Assembly: GCF_039654945.1 (NCBI RefSeq)
Contig: NW_027361700.1
Location: 16,306,001 to 16,370,000, forward strand
DNA length: 64,000 bases
Direction: 5' to 3'
From: Dendrobates tinctorius
Taxonomy: Eukaryota
Shown: piece after piece, positions 22,918 through 36,875 of the stretch
Layout of the letters: every line of letters begins with the position of its first letter
How positions within the stretch are numbered: the stretch's first letter is position 1
Translations under genes and position numbers: made by a program
The notes under the pieces: model-generated
What the model was told of the DNA's origin: nothing
What the model saw: only the letters and a program-made list of their open reading frames with translations
The model's database searches: none

Positions 22918-23936
22918 CCCAGGCAGGTTTTTCACCGGCAGTCATTGCGACTATGATCAGGGCAAGGAAGCCTGCCTCCGCCAAGATCTATTATCGTACC
23001 TGGAGAGCTTTCTTTTCTTGGTGCGAATCTCATGGACAAGTCCAACTCCCTTATTCCCTCCCGAAGGTACTAGGTTTTCTTCAATCGGGTCTAGACGACA
23101 AGCTATCCTTAGGCTCGCTTAATAGTCAGGTGTCGGCGCTTTCAGTCCTTTTTCAAAAGTGCATTGCTACTAAACCGCAAGTAAGGACTTTCATCCAGGG
23201 AGTTTCCCGATTGGTTCCTCCCTACAAACGTCCGCTGGATACATGGGACCTCAATCTGGTCCTGACAGCATTGCAAGCTCCACCCTTTGAACCTCTTAGA
23301 GGAGTTCCACTCTCAATTCTGTCTCAGAAAGTGGTTTTTCTAGTGGCGATCACCTCGTTACGCAGAGTGTCGGAATTGTCAGCACTTTCCTGCAGACGGC
23401 CTTTCCTAGCCTTTCATCAGGACAAGGTGGTTCTCCGCACGGTACCATCCTTCCTTCCGAAGGTTGTGTCCAACTTTCACCTCAATGAGGAGATTTCACT
23501 GCCATCCCTTTGCCCGGTTCCGGTTCATAGAGTGGAGAAGGCTCTGCATACGCTTGACCTCGTCAGAGCATTGCGGATTTACGTGTCCAGGACTGCACCT
23601 TTCCGGAAGTCTGATTCCCTCTTCATTCTTCCAGAAGGTAGTCGCAAGGGACTGCCGGCTTCCAAGGCTACCCTTGCCAGGTGGATCAAGTCCACTATAC
23701 ATGAGACCTACTGACTTAACAGTTCCCCTCTTCCGGCCGGTATCACGGCACACTCTACACGGGCAGTAGGGGCCTCCTGGGCCATTCGGCACCAGGCTTC
23801 GGCACAACAAGTGTATAAGGTGGCCACTTGGACTTGCCTACACACGTTTACGAAACACTACAGTCTTCATACCCAGTCCTCAGCGGATGCGAGCCTGGGT
23901 AGACTGGTTCTGCAGGCGGCAGTGCCCCAAATTTAG
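21024..23936 (+). pseudogene. DIRS copy 2 tyrosine recombinase ORF overlapping the whole RT ORF; single premature TGA at 23712
   Basis: Open from directly after the gag stop to 23711; RRVSEL, HSTR, FTKHY motifs; the TGA aligns with Arg in copies 1 and 3 (likely CpG decay). Confidence 0.9.
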
Positions 23937-24669
23937 GGACCTGCTAGCACAATATTCGTCCATTGCTTCCCACCCAGGGACTGCTTTGGGACGTCCCATG
24001 GTTCTGTGTCCCCCAATGAGGCGACAGAGTAAAGGAGATTTTTGTGTACTCACCGTAAAATCTCTTTCTCTTAGCCTCTAATTGGGGGACACAGCTCCCA
24101 CCCTGTTGCCCTTATGGGCCGTTGTTTACGGTTGAGTTCTCATATTGTTCTTTGAGCTCGTACATAGTAGCCTTCTTACAGGCATGGTTATGTTATTTGG
24201 TTATGTTCCTCCTAATGCTTTTGCACAAAACTGGAGAAGGCTGACGCCGTCCAGGGGTGTATACTGCAGAGGAGGAGCCAAAGTTAATCTTTTTCAGATT
24301 ATGCATAGTGTCGCCTCCTAGTGGACAGCAGCATAACACCCATGGTTCTGTGTCCCCCAATTAGAGGCTAAGAGAAAGAGATTTTACGGTGAGTACACAA
24401 AAATCTCCTTTTCTAAGTCCTCTTACCTTGCAATGTTGCTGGTTTGGTAGCCACACATCATCTGACAGATTTTCTTAGCTTTCTCTTTATCCATATTCCA
24501 CTCCTAATGTCAAGGATATCATTTATTGAATTTACCCTTGCTGCATTTTTTATATTTCCAACATTTCTGTTACGCTGTCAAGACACCTCTAGTAAATGTC
24601 CAGTGTTAATCATCAGTTTATTGAAAGGGAGTCTGTCAGCAGTGTTAACCCCTAAAAATTATATGTATA

Positions 24670-26297
<1,628 letters not shown>

Positions 26298-26944
26298 TGT
26301 GTGTGTAAAATCTGCAGAATTACTAATAAGTTTCTATTATCACAGGTGCCTCGATCTATCCCCAACTGAAATTTTGCTCATGCTCGATACAGAATAGTCT
26401 TTGCCCATTTCAGTATTTGGGCCAGCCACGGTTTCTCATGGTTTATGCAAAGATAGAGAAGAAATCTGAAATAACTTTTGAAGTGAAAAGTCAGCCAACA
26501 CCCTCTTTTGAAATTAGTGGTCATGTGCTGACACAAAAAATGCTCTCCTACGTCCAGCACAAGCTGGAAAAGGAGCATCTGAACAGGGAACAGAGGGAAT
26601 AGAAATGGATCTGGTCACCTGTAGTTACACAGGGTGATTCACGCTCTGCTTTACCTTGAAAAATTGCTGTAACTTCTAAAAGAGACGAGCTATCGTACTG
26701 AAATTTCAACTGCACAAACCTTGGTTTATGAGAAACTGATGTTTTAAAGCAGGTGTTTAAAATGTCCACCGTTCATATCCCAGCACGTATGCAAGCATCA
26801 TTCCATTTTGTTGAATGTATTCTGCAGGACGTCTGAGGTCATAGCCTGAATTTCTCATTGTATGTTCTTTCGGAGTGCCTGTAATGTTCGTGGCTTGTTA
26901 CTGTATACTCGACCTTTCAATTGGCCCCAAAGATAAAAATCTAA

Positions 26945-27602
26945 GGAAAATCTGGCAGTAGTGTCAACCCTCCTAAGTCATTTATATGGGCATGTAGGTC
27001 ATAGGGAGCTAAATAACATACCTTGTTATCTGCGACATGATGTCTTCCAGAGAAATCCACGCTTTTCTTATATTTAAATGACCTCTTCCAGGCTATGGGG
27101 AGGACGCTGCCTGTAGATAACTCTGCCTCCAGAGATTATTATACATGAAGGAGAGTTATCAGTGAGACAAGTAACCAACACAGAACAAGAGAAATGGAAT
27201 TTGTCTTCTAGCAAACACATTTTCCCCTCTCTGAGCCCTGCTGGATTGTAACAATATTACAAACAATATTACAACCCTGTCAGCTTGTGAGCTGGAAGCT
27301 GCAGATGTGTCAGGTTTAATCATACACAGCTCTTCAGAATGATCAGCAGAACAGAGAGTGGCCATTACACATCACACTGATAACTCACCCTTCATGTATA
27401 ATAAGCACTAGAGGCAGAGTTATCTTCCAGGCAGCTCCACCCCGGAGCCTGGAAGAGGTAATTTATATGAAGTGTTAAAAGATGATTTATCCACAACAAG
27501 GCATGTAATGAAACACACAGGGAGGACTTTTTCCAACAGTCTATATAGCCTGTATGCCCATGTTAAATGTTTAGATAGGTAAAATGTGGTGACAGATTCC
27601 CT
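26945..27602. mobile_element. Palindromic MITE (same family as 1998-2429)
   Basis: Ends GACAGATTCCCT; arms with CCAGAGAAATCCAC; degenerate TTAA flanks. Confidence 0.75.
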
Positions 27603-27606
27603 TTCA

Positions 27607-28217
27607 AGAAGCACTCCCGTGAAAGTTTTTAACTTCTTAATATATTGCAGTCATCATATTATATAGAGATGTGTACGTACAGTTACTCATTTTGTCTTTT
27701 CTACCCAGCTAATCCTGGCAGTTGTCTCTGCTATGTGTAAAAAGAGGAAGTCTCTTGTCCCTGCAGAAACTATTCCCCTCTTTAACTTCTGACCTACCTG
27801 CTCCCTCTTTCACCTTGCCGGGGACTTTTGCAGTGACCCATGAGTTGTGCAGGGAAAATTGACCTAGTCAGTTTTTAATCACGTGATGTTATAGACCTAA
27901 TGGAAAAGACAGGAATTGGCTAGAAAGGCAAAATGAGCAATTGTAAGTATAGAGTGCTATATAATATCATGACTGCAATATATTAGAGGTTGTCCACTAC
28001 TTTTTCATTAGTAGGCAGATGTGTAGTACCCTGCCGTTGCCACTATCAGAATCGAGCAGTTGCAACTGCCGACACCCAGAACAGCTGATCAGTGGGAGTA
28101 CCCGGTGTCTGACCCATATCGATCAGTCCTTGATGACCTATTCTAAGGATAAGACATCAATGAAAAAGTAGAGGACATTTTCTATAAAAGGATAATATTT
28201 TTGATGGAAATGCTTCT
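27607..28217. mobile_element. Palindromic MITE with a smaller nested MITE (about 27985-28190)
   Basis: TIR AGAAGCA...TGCTTCT; inverted arms TATATTGCAGTCAT / ATGACTGCAATATA. Confidence 0.75.
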
Positions 28218-28839
28218 TTAAAACGAACCGGTCACTTGGTTTGGCCGATATGAGATAAGGCCACCACCTTTCAGGCCTGATATACAGCATTCTATAATGC
28301 TGTATCTCTGTCCCCAAACCGATAGACAAGACAAAAAACCCCGCTTTTATTATACTCACCTGTGGTGCGGTCCGGATTAGTAGGCTTCACTGGTCTACGT
28401 CTGTTGCCTCCCTTCTTGCGATGCTGTCCGCTTTCTTGCTTCGTGTGGATGACGCATCCCTACGTCATCCACACAGTCTCCTTGGCATCACGAAGGTGTA
28501 CTTCTCTTCTCTCTTGAGGGCAGCGTAAACTACTGCAGTGCCCAGGCAATGGGAAAGGTCAAAGAGCCCCGGCGCATGCGCACTTCAGTACTTTACTCTG
28601 TTCTAGTCAGGGAAGAGAAGTACGCCTGTGTACGAGCGTGATGCCGAGGTGACTGTTGGGATGCATCATCCACACGAAGCAAGAAGGACGACGGTATTGC
28701 AAGAAGAAGAGAAGTGCCGTACCAAGACCAACAACACCCCTTGGACTGGACCATGCCCCACAGATGAGTATAATAAAAAGTCTTTTTCTTGTAGTGCAAT
28801 TTGGGTTGGGGGCAGAAATACAGCATTATAGAATGTGTA

Positions 28840-31800
28840 TATATAGTCACTGTAAGCAATGTTTCTGTTTGTTTTCACTCACACCCCTTCACTTTCTGCT
28901 AACCCCCCTAATCCCTACACCTAGTAAGGATCTGGTCATCTCCCCCACCATACTCCCCATCCATCTCACCTCCTCCTCAGATCTATACCTCAACATGCAA
29001 TCCTCTGTCTCCAAACACATACAGCCACCTCATGGTCTCTCCAGCTCCCACCTGCTAACACGTTCTCTGCTCCTCCTGACTGCCGGTGATATCTCTCCAA
29101 ATCCTGGCCCTCCTCACCACATCCCCACAGTCATTTCTACATCCCATCCACGCTCTATCACAAACTTCCGTAACTCCTCTAACATACCCATTCGCCCGGC
29201 CCCCACTTCTCCAGTCCGACTAACAGATACTCTGTGGAACGCTTGCTCTGGCTGCCACAAACGTTCATACATCCATGATCTCTTCATTACTAGCAAACTT
29301 TCTTTCCTCGCTATCACCGAAACCTGGCTCCCCCCCCCTCCCCGACACAGCCTCTCCAGCTGCACTTTCGTATGATGGATTCCACTTTTCCTACACCCCC
29401 TGCCCCAGCAGCAAGCATAGTGGAGGAGTTGCTCCTTCACCCAAATCCCACTGCCACCCTCCTTGACCCTCCTTTCCTTTGAGGTACACTCTGTGCGCAT
29501 CTACTCCCCCTCCAACTGGCTGTCATGTACCACCCCCAGGGCCAGCCACCACCTTCTTTGACCACTTCACCACCTGGCTACTTCATTTCCTCTACGCTGA
29601 CATCCCCACTATCATCATGGGTGACTTCTATCTCTCACTCAATCCAGCCACTCACAGAAATGGCCACACACACTGGACCTCATCTTCACCCACCTCTGCT
29701 CCCTATCTATCCTCTCTAACTCTCCTCTCCCTGTCTCTGACAACAACCTACTTACATTTTCTTCCCTCTCCTCTCCAGGTCCACAATCCCCACTCCACAA
29801 ACTCGCACACCCTCTCAGAAATCTTAAAGGGAACCTGTCAGCTGTCTTGGCCGCTATAAAATGCGGCCACTGCCTTTCAGGGCTTATCTACAGCATTATA
29901 GAATGCTGTAGATAAGGCCCCAATCCGACCTGCAAGATAAGAAAAATACATTTTATTATACTCACACGGGGGGGGGGGGGGGGGGGGCGCGGTCCGGTGC
30001 AGTCCTGTCTGATAGGAGTCGCAGGTCCGTGTCCGGCGCCTCCCAGCTTCTTGCGATGCCGCCCTCCTGCTTGCTTCATGGCTCCCCGTCATTGCGCTCC
30101 TGCGCAGGCGTACTTCTCTGCCCTGTTGAGGCAAAATTCCTGCAGTGTGCAGGCGCTGGGTCTCTCTGACTTTTCCTGGCGCTTCCACACAGCAATACTT
30201 TCCTCTTCCCTCATCTGGGCAGAGAAGTACGCCTGCGCAGCAACGCGATGCCGGGGAGCCATGAAGCAAGCAGGAGGGCGTTGTTGCAAGAAGATGGGAA
30301 GCGCTGGACCAGAACCTGCAATACCCATCGGACCGGATCGCACCCCCCAGGCGAGTATAGTAAAAATTCTTTTTCTTATCTTGTAGGTCGGATCGAGGGA
30401 TTATCTACAGCATTATAGAATGCTGATGATAAGCCCTGAAAGGCAGTGGCCGCATCTTATAGAGGCCAAAACAGCTGACAGGTTCCCTTTAAACACCTTG
30501 ATTACACTCACTTTCTGAATCCCTCCTTCCTCTTACAGACATAAGTTCCTTACACAGTGCGGACACTGCTGCCGCTTTATAAAACACCACAATAACTGCA
30601 GCTCTGGAATCGATCGCCCCTCTCACACATACCAAAGCTTGCAAAATCAGCAGACAGCCCTGCAACACCAGCCTGACCAAAGAACTAAGATGGGCTTCCA
30701 GGGCTGCTGAGCGGAGATGGAAAAGATCCCACTCCAACGAGCACTTCATCGCATTCATACAGTCCCTCGCTACTTTCAAAGCCGCACTCGCTGCAGCAAA
30801 ACAAACATACTTCTCATCTCTCATATCCTCCATCTCACAACCCTAAACAGCTATTCATCACTTTCAATTCTCTTCGTCTCCCAACACTTCCTCCCTCTCC
30901 ACTCATCTCAGCTGAAGACTTTGCCTCATTCTTCAAGCAGAAGATTGATAACATCAGAGAAATCTTTGGCCTTTAACCACCACAACCTCTCTTCCTAACT
31001 GCTCAGCCCTCCTCCAAAACCAGCTTCTCCACCATCACAGGAGATCGATTCTCCACTCTACTATCAAGATCACATCTTACCACCTGTGCACTCGACCCGA
31101 TTCCATCCCAATCCTCACCACTGTCTTCATCCCAACCCTAACCCATCTATTCAACCTATCACTAACAACTGGTGTTTTCCCCTCATGCTTCAAACATGCC
31201 TCAATCATACCCATCCTCAAAAAGCCCTCTCTTGACTCAATCTGTATCTAGCTATCACCCCATATCACTTCCTCCCTATTCCTCAAAACTAAACAAGTCC
31301 ATCGTGAACTGTCCTCCCACCTCTCTTCCTGCTCCCTCTTTGGCTTACAGTCTGGCTTCTGGCCACACCACTCCACTGAAACTGTCCTAACTAAAGTCAC
31401 CAATGACATACCGCCAAAGCCAAGCGACACTACTCTGTCCTCTTCCTCTTGGACCTGTCCTCTACCTTTGACACAGTAGACCACTCCCTATTATTACAGA
31501 CCCTCTCATCTCTTGGCATCACAGACTTGGCCCTATCTTGGATCTCATCATACCTAACAGACCGGACATTCAGCGTCTCCCACTCGCACACCACCTCCTC
31601 ACCTCGCCCCCTATATGTTGGAGTCACACAAGGTTTAGTGTTAGGGCCCCTGCTCTTCTCCATTTACACCTTCGGCCTGGGACAGCTCATGGAATCTCAT
31701 GGCTTTCAGTATCATCTCTATGCCGATGACACACAGATCTACTGTACATCTCTGGACCAGATATCACCACCCTACTGACCAGAATCCCACAATGTCTGTC

Positions 31801-32790
31801 TGCTATTTCATCCTTATTCTCCACTAGATTTCTAAAACTTAATATGGGCAAAACAGAATTCATCATCTTTCCCCCATCTAACTCAACCCCCCCAATGGAC
31901 CTATCCATTAAAGTAAATGGCTGTTCACTCTCCCCAGTCCCACAAGCTCGCTGTCTTGGGGTAATCCCTGACTCTGATCTCTCCTTCAAACTACATATCC
32001 AAGCCCTCTCCACATCCTGCCGACTTCAACTCATAAATATTTCCAGGATCCATACATTTCTCAACCAAGAATGTGCAAAAACATGCCCTCACCATCTCCT
32101 ACCTTGACTACTGCAACCTCCTGCTCTGTGGCCTCCCCTCTTAACACTCTCGCACCCCTCCAATCTATTCTAAACTCTGCTGCCCGACTAATCCACCTGT
32201 TCACCCCCCCCCACCCCTGCTGTTCCCCTGCCTCTCCTCTCTGTCAATCCCTGCACAGGCTCCCCATTACCCAAACACTCCAGTTCAAAACCCTAACCAT
32301 GGCATACAAAGCCATCCACAACCTGTGTCCTCCATACATCTGTCTCTCGGTACTTACCTGCACACAACCTCCGATCCTCACAAGATTCCCTTCTCAATTC
32401 CCCTCTTATCTCCTCTTCCCACAATCGCATACAAGATTTCTCCCACGCATCACCCCATCTCTGGAACTCTCTGCCACAACATATCAGACTCTCGCCTACC
32501 ATGGAAACCTTCAAAAGGAACCTGAAGACCTACCTTTTCCGACAAGCCTACAACCTGCAGTAACCACCGATCCACCAAACCGCTGCACGACCAACTCTAC
32601 CCTCACCTACTGTATCCTCACCCATCCCTTGTAGATTGTGAGCCCTCGCGGGCAGGGTCCTCTCTCTTCCTGTACCAGTCGTGACTTGCATTGTTTAAGA
32701 TTACTGTACTTGTATGTATTATGTATACCCCTCCTCACATGTAAAACGCCATGGAATAAATGGCGCTGTAATAATAATAAATAAAAATAG
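28840..32790 (+). mobile_element. L2 LINE, degenerate ORF2
   Basis: [46 protein letters not shown]; 3' end AATAAATGGCGCTG(TAA)n. Confidence 0.92.
29828..30488. mobile_element. Palindromic MITE (T2/Kolobok-like) inserted in the L2
   Basis: TTAA TSDs; TIR AGGGAACCTGTCAGCTG. Confidence 0.92.
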
Positions 32791-33601
32791 TAATGTTTAT
32801 CAGGCCTGAAAGCTGATCTCGTATCGGCCAAGCCTGTTGACGGGTTCTCTTTAAATTGTCTGATTTTGGTGGCCACAGTCCCTTGAAGATTACACTGCCT
32901 TCAAAGAAGGGTTCAATACACAGTTAGAACAGTGGATTTCGACCTCCAAACTTCTTTAGAAACTCAATTTGGCACCTCTTTAAGGACTCAGTTTTCCAAT
33001 AAGTTTTCACAATAAAAACACTGTCCTCCGAGCGATATCTGTACACTGCTAACAAATGAAGAAAGAATTCTGCAGGAGTGAAATTCAAACACCACACATA
33101 AACTACCCATGCGCAGAAAGGCGTTGGCACGACAGGCAGAGTGACAAGTTGGCGAGAGCACTCATCAAGAGGATGTTTCTCATCACTGTGTCTGAGGTGC
33201 ATTGCAAACTTTGGTTCATGAGAAGTGAGAGTGCAAAGTTGAAATTTCAGTACGGTTCACCGTCTCTATTAGAAGTTACAGCAATCAATCCATAGTAGGT
33301 TGTATAAATTCCTATATAAACTTGATAACCTATAAAAGAACATGTCCTTCATTATCCAGATATTTGTAGATGGCGAGAGAACTGTCCTTTTGTGCTGACA
33401 TCACATAGCCAGTAAGAGCAGATTGCCACCAAGTGGCCACAAGCAATTGTAACACTTATTTGTCCAATGTCCCTGTTGCAGGAATTTCCCCTTTGTTATA
33501 ACAGATATGACTGACTTTATTACTATTCTTCTAGTGTCACTTATTTGGAGCTGGAGCAGAAAAGATGTGCCATAATCTTGTATCTCTTTCATTCTTTGCA
33601 G

Positions 33602-33739
33602 TCTTTGGATAGCTTGGTTACGTCTGAGGACGGACGGTCAAAACGACACTCAGCTTCTGAAATTTCAGATACAGAGCTCAGTGATGTGCACAGGGAAGGC
33701 TGGCTGCTCTATAAGCAGATTCTCACTAACAAGGGCAAG
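33602..33739 (+). CDS. ARHGAP23: ARHGAP23 exon (start of PH)
   Basis: ttgcag|TCT...AAG|gtatgg; [10 protein letters not shown]...[16 protein letters not shown]. Confidence 0.92.
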
Positions 33740-33913
33740 GTATGGCTGCTGGTCTGTTGTGGAGTGTACATGGAAACTTATTGTGACTGCTTACTTGGTT
33801 TTATATGGAGGTATTTTTTTCCTTCTCCACATTTTCCGTGTCTTATGGCGACTCAATGACTATCCACTTGTGTACTTCTGTATTATGGTGTTTTTTCTCT
33901 TGTCTCCATGTAG

Positions 33914-34207
33914 AAGGTTGGCGGCGGGCTCCGTCAGTGGAAACGCGTGTACTCCATCCTGCGCCCTCACCTCCTCTTCTTGCACAAGGAGCGCCCAGAT
34001 ACAAGGGGTCCGGGGCCAGGTGAGGAGGAGCAGCCAATCAGCATCCTTGGAAGCCTGGTGGACATCTCTTACAGCGAGACCAAGAGGAAGCACGTCTTCC
34101 GGCTGACGACACCTGACTTCTGTGAATATCTCTTTCAGGCAGAGGATCGGGATGATATGTTGGGCTGGGTAAAAGCCATCAGAGAAAACAGTCGGGATGA
34201 GGGTGAG
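33914..34207 (+). CDS. ARHGAP23: ARHGAP23 exon (PH domain)
   Basis: atgtag|AAG...GAG|gtaagg; [13 protein letters not shown]...[23 protein letters not shown]. Confidence 0.92.
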
Positions 34208-34515
34208 GTAAGGGGGCTTTTATCTGCTTTTTGATGGACTTTTAGGATATAAAACGGTAAAAAGCAAGGGATTAAAGTAAGAAGTTTGTAGACCACTAAT
34301 CTGTGCATTAGTCCCTAAGAGAAGAGGGTTTTATACGACACAGCATTGAATGTGTCAAGAGGACCACAGCCGCATGAGATTCTTCTGTTGTAACAATGTC
34401 ATTCTCTACTTTGAATTTATGTTTGAAGTAATTGTAATATTTTTTTTAAATTAGTTATATACAAAGACTAGTAGACAGCTGAATTTTGGAAAATGTATAC
34501 AGTGTATAGCAATTG

Positions 34516-35530
34516 AGCTTGACTTGAGTTGGTACACATGCAGAACATAAATGCATGTTCACATTTGCCACAAAACATATAAAACCTACAAGAGAAAAAG
34601 TGAGCAAAAACCCTGCTGTAACTAAGTAAATAAAAAGCAAATAGTGCATTTAAGCAACACAGAGTTTTTAGTAATACTTTTTTTTTCTATCAAAAAATAG
34701 CATAAAAGCCATCCCTCCACGACAAGGTAACTGATCGGGACAGTCCTACACTGTCTAATATTAAAAACCTTACCATGTGTCATTGTTGACCTCCGTGTGT
34801 GAATAAAGGCAGACAAAAGGACTGGGCCCAACCAGCCAAACACCAGTCTGGGGAAGCCTTATATACAATTTCCAGCTCAGGAGAGGGAGGCCACACCTCG
34901 GCTTGCACAGAATGCAAGAATACAAAGAAAAAACACAAAAATTGAGCTTGACTTGAGTTGGTACACATGCAGAACATAAACGCATGTTCACATTGGCCAC
35001 AAAACATATAAAATCTACAATAGAAAAAGTGAGCAAAAACCCTGCTGTAACTAAGTAAATAAAAAGCAAAAAGTGCATTTAAATAACACAGAGTTTTTAG
35101 TACGGTATTACTTTTTTTTAATAAAAACATAGCATAAAATCCATCCCACCACGACAAGGTAACTCTGATCGGGACAGTCCTACACTGTCTAATATTAAAA
35201 ACCTTACAATGTGTCAATGTTGACCTCAGTGTGTGAATAAGGGCAGACAAAAGGACTGGGTCCAGCCAGTGGAATACCGGTCTGGGGAAGCCTTTTGTCT
35301 GCCCTTATTCACACACTGAGGTCAACATTGACACATGGTAAGGTTTTTAATATTAGACAGTGTAGTACTGTCCCAATCAGAGTTGCCTTGACATGATGGG
35401 ATGGTTTTTATGCTATTTTTTTTTTTAATTAAAAAAGTATTACTAAAAACTGTGTTATTTAAATGCACTTTTTGCTTTTTATTTAGTTCCAGCAGGGTTT
35501 TTGCTCACTTTGTCTCTTGTAGGTTTTTTA
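34516..35530 (-). mobile_element. Tandem 429-bp units plus inverted partial copy flanked by a 15-bp TSD (Penelope-like architecture)
   Basis: AGTGTATAGCAATTG at 34501-34515 and 35531-35545; units start 34512 and 34941; inverted arm about 35292-35530. Confidence 0.75.
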
Positions 35531-35610
35531 AGTGTATAGCAATTGTAAAGTATCTTACTGGCATGTTGGTGATCATACTAAAAGTCCTAATTTCTTTCAC
35601 TCCATTCCAG

Positions 35611-35672
35611 GACCCAGGCTTTGCCAGTCATGCTTTGATTAACAAGAAGCTTAATGACTATCGCAAAGTAAG
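35611..35672 (+). CDS. ARHGAP23: ARHGAP23 exon
   Basis: ttccag|GAC...AG|gtaaga; DPGFASHALINKKLNDYRKV. Confidence 0.9.
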
Positions 35673-35908
35673 GTAAGATAACAATAGGGTTGCAAATACA
35701 CTTTCTCTGGCACATGCGCTATCGCTCACCATGCCGGGATGTGACAGGCACAACGCCTATGTAGCCATAAATAACTAGCTGCCTCCACCCCGCATGTTGG
35801 CATAGACTACAATGTAATTTGACAATATGAAAAAAGGAATACATGAATGTGTATGCTGGGCTGCTGGTAAATAGTGATATCCAGTGGAAGTAAGAAGATG
35901 ATCAGTCA

Positions 35909-36139
35909 GGCCTGTTTCACACTTCCGTTTTTTCAAATCCGTCAAAATCCGTTGGTTTCCGTAAAAAAACGGATCCGCCATTTTTTTGCAGGATCCGGTT
36001 TTTTTCCATAGCGGTTACCGCGGATCCGTCAAAAAACGGATCCGGTTTTTTAAAAACGGATCCGTTTGCATCCGTTTCCGTCAAAAAAACGGAAACGGAT
36101 CCGTTTGGCGGACACAAAAACGGAAGTGTGAAACAGGCC
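35909..36139. mobile_element. Harbinger-like MITE, recent
   Basis: TCA TSD; perfect TIR GGCCTGTTTCACACTTCCGTTTTT; ACGGATCCG subrepeats. Confidence 0.9.
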
Positions 36140-36750
36140 TCAATTGTGGTTTTTATCTTGAGGAAGGAGTCTGTTCGACTCAGAAATGCATAGAAAGAAA
36201 CTGGTTGATCTTCATCTTCTTGCTCCCATTGGACATTTTTATTTACCAGCAGCGCAGCAGATACATCTGTGTATTCCTTTTTCATATTGACATTTTGATG
36301 AATTTGGCACAATAAAAGTCGGCATTGAATTCCACAAGACAAAAAAAATGGTGATTTAAGAAAAAAAAAATTCAAATGAGGAATCGGGGCTTATGGATCT
36401 GCACACTGCAAACATGAATACATAAATTCCATTTTTGCTCCAGTCATAAAAAATGTAAGGAACTTTATTAACATCTTTCAATGAACGGTAATTGGACCCC
36501 TAACTCAGATTGTTGCACCACTTATTGCCACAGTCAGAAATTGATGTGGTAGTGTTAAAGTGGTAAAAAGCAGCAGTCAGAAGTACTGCAGGATGAAAGT
36601 GCCAATATCAGCTGTGATTGGAGCGGACACAGGTCCGGAGCATGTTTCTGTGATAGGGTATACTAGTATGTAATTTATTTTTTTTTTATAAATAACTAAT
36701 GAATTGTGGAAATTCACTTTAAGGTTAATATTTCTATTCTCCTATTTTAG

Positions 36751-36875
36751 TATTACTGGGGCCAAACCTGACATGTCCCCTAAGGGGACAAGAAGTTTAG
36801 GTATTCGCTCAGAGCTGTTATGGGCAACAGGGCTGGCCGCCCCTCGCTCACCCAAGCAGGACAGTGCTGTAAAAG
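36751..36875 (+). CDS. ARHGAP23: ARHGAP23 exon
   Basis: ttttag|T...AAAG|gtaagg; ITGAKPDMSPKG...PRSPKQDSAVK. Confidence 0.88.

Larger units (their letters stand above)
18272..24411 (+). mobile_element. DIRS1-type retrotransposon, copy 2 (subfamily B; nearly intact)
   Basis: ITRs about 18288-18422 and 24227-24361; ICR 23995-24094; TTT ends; gag, RT-RH-MT and YR ORFs. Confidence 0.96.
28222..32850. mobile_element. TTAA-flanked palindromic MITE whose right arm is split by the L2
   Basis: Left arm GGCCGATATGAGAT...TTTCAGGCCTGAT matches, in reverse complement, 32795-32850; TTAA at 28218 and 32851. Confidence 0.8.
26630..33290 (-). mobile_element. Degenerate mariner/maT/rosa-like (DDxD) transposon split by nested insertions
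   Basis: Inverted terminal segments about 26663-26710 and 33238-33287; N-terminus VFIVKTYWKTESLKRCQIEFLKKFG (about 33040-32940); KGLWPPKS next to 32855; C-terminus DFYLWGQLKGRVY...NGGHFKHLL* (26941-26744). Confidence 0.8.

Noticed and set aside
34516-35530. Hammerhead, twister or pistol ribozyme in the tandem unit
   Set aside because: Core motifs not found by eye on either strand; CTGAGCTGGAAA does not fit the hammerhead core.
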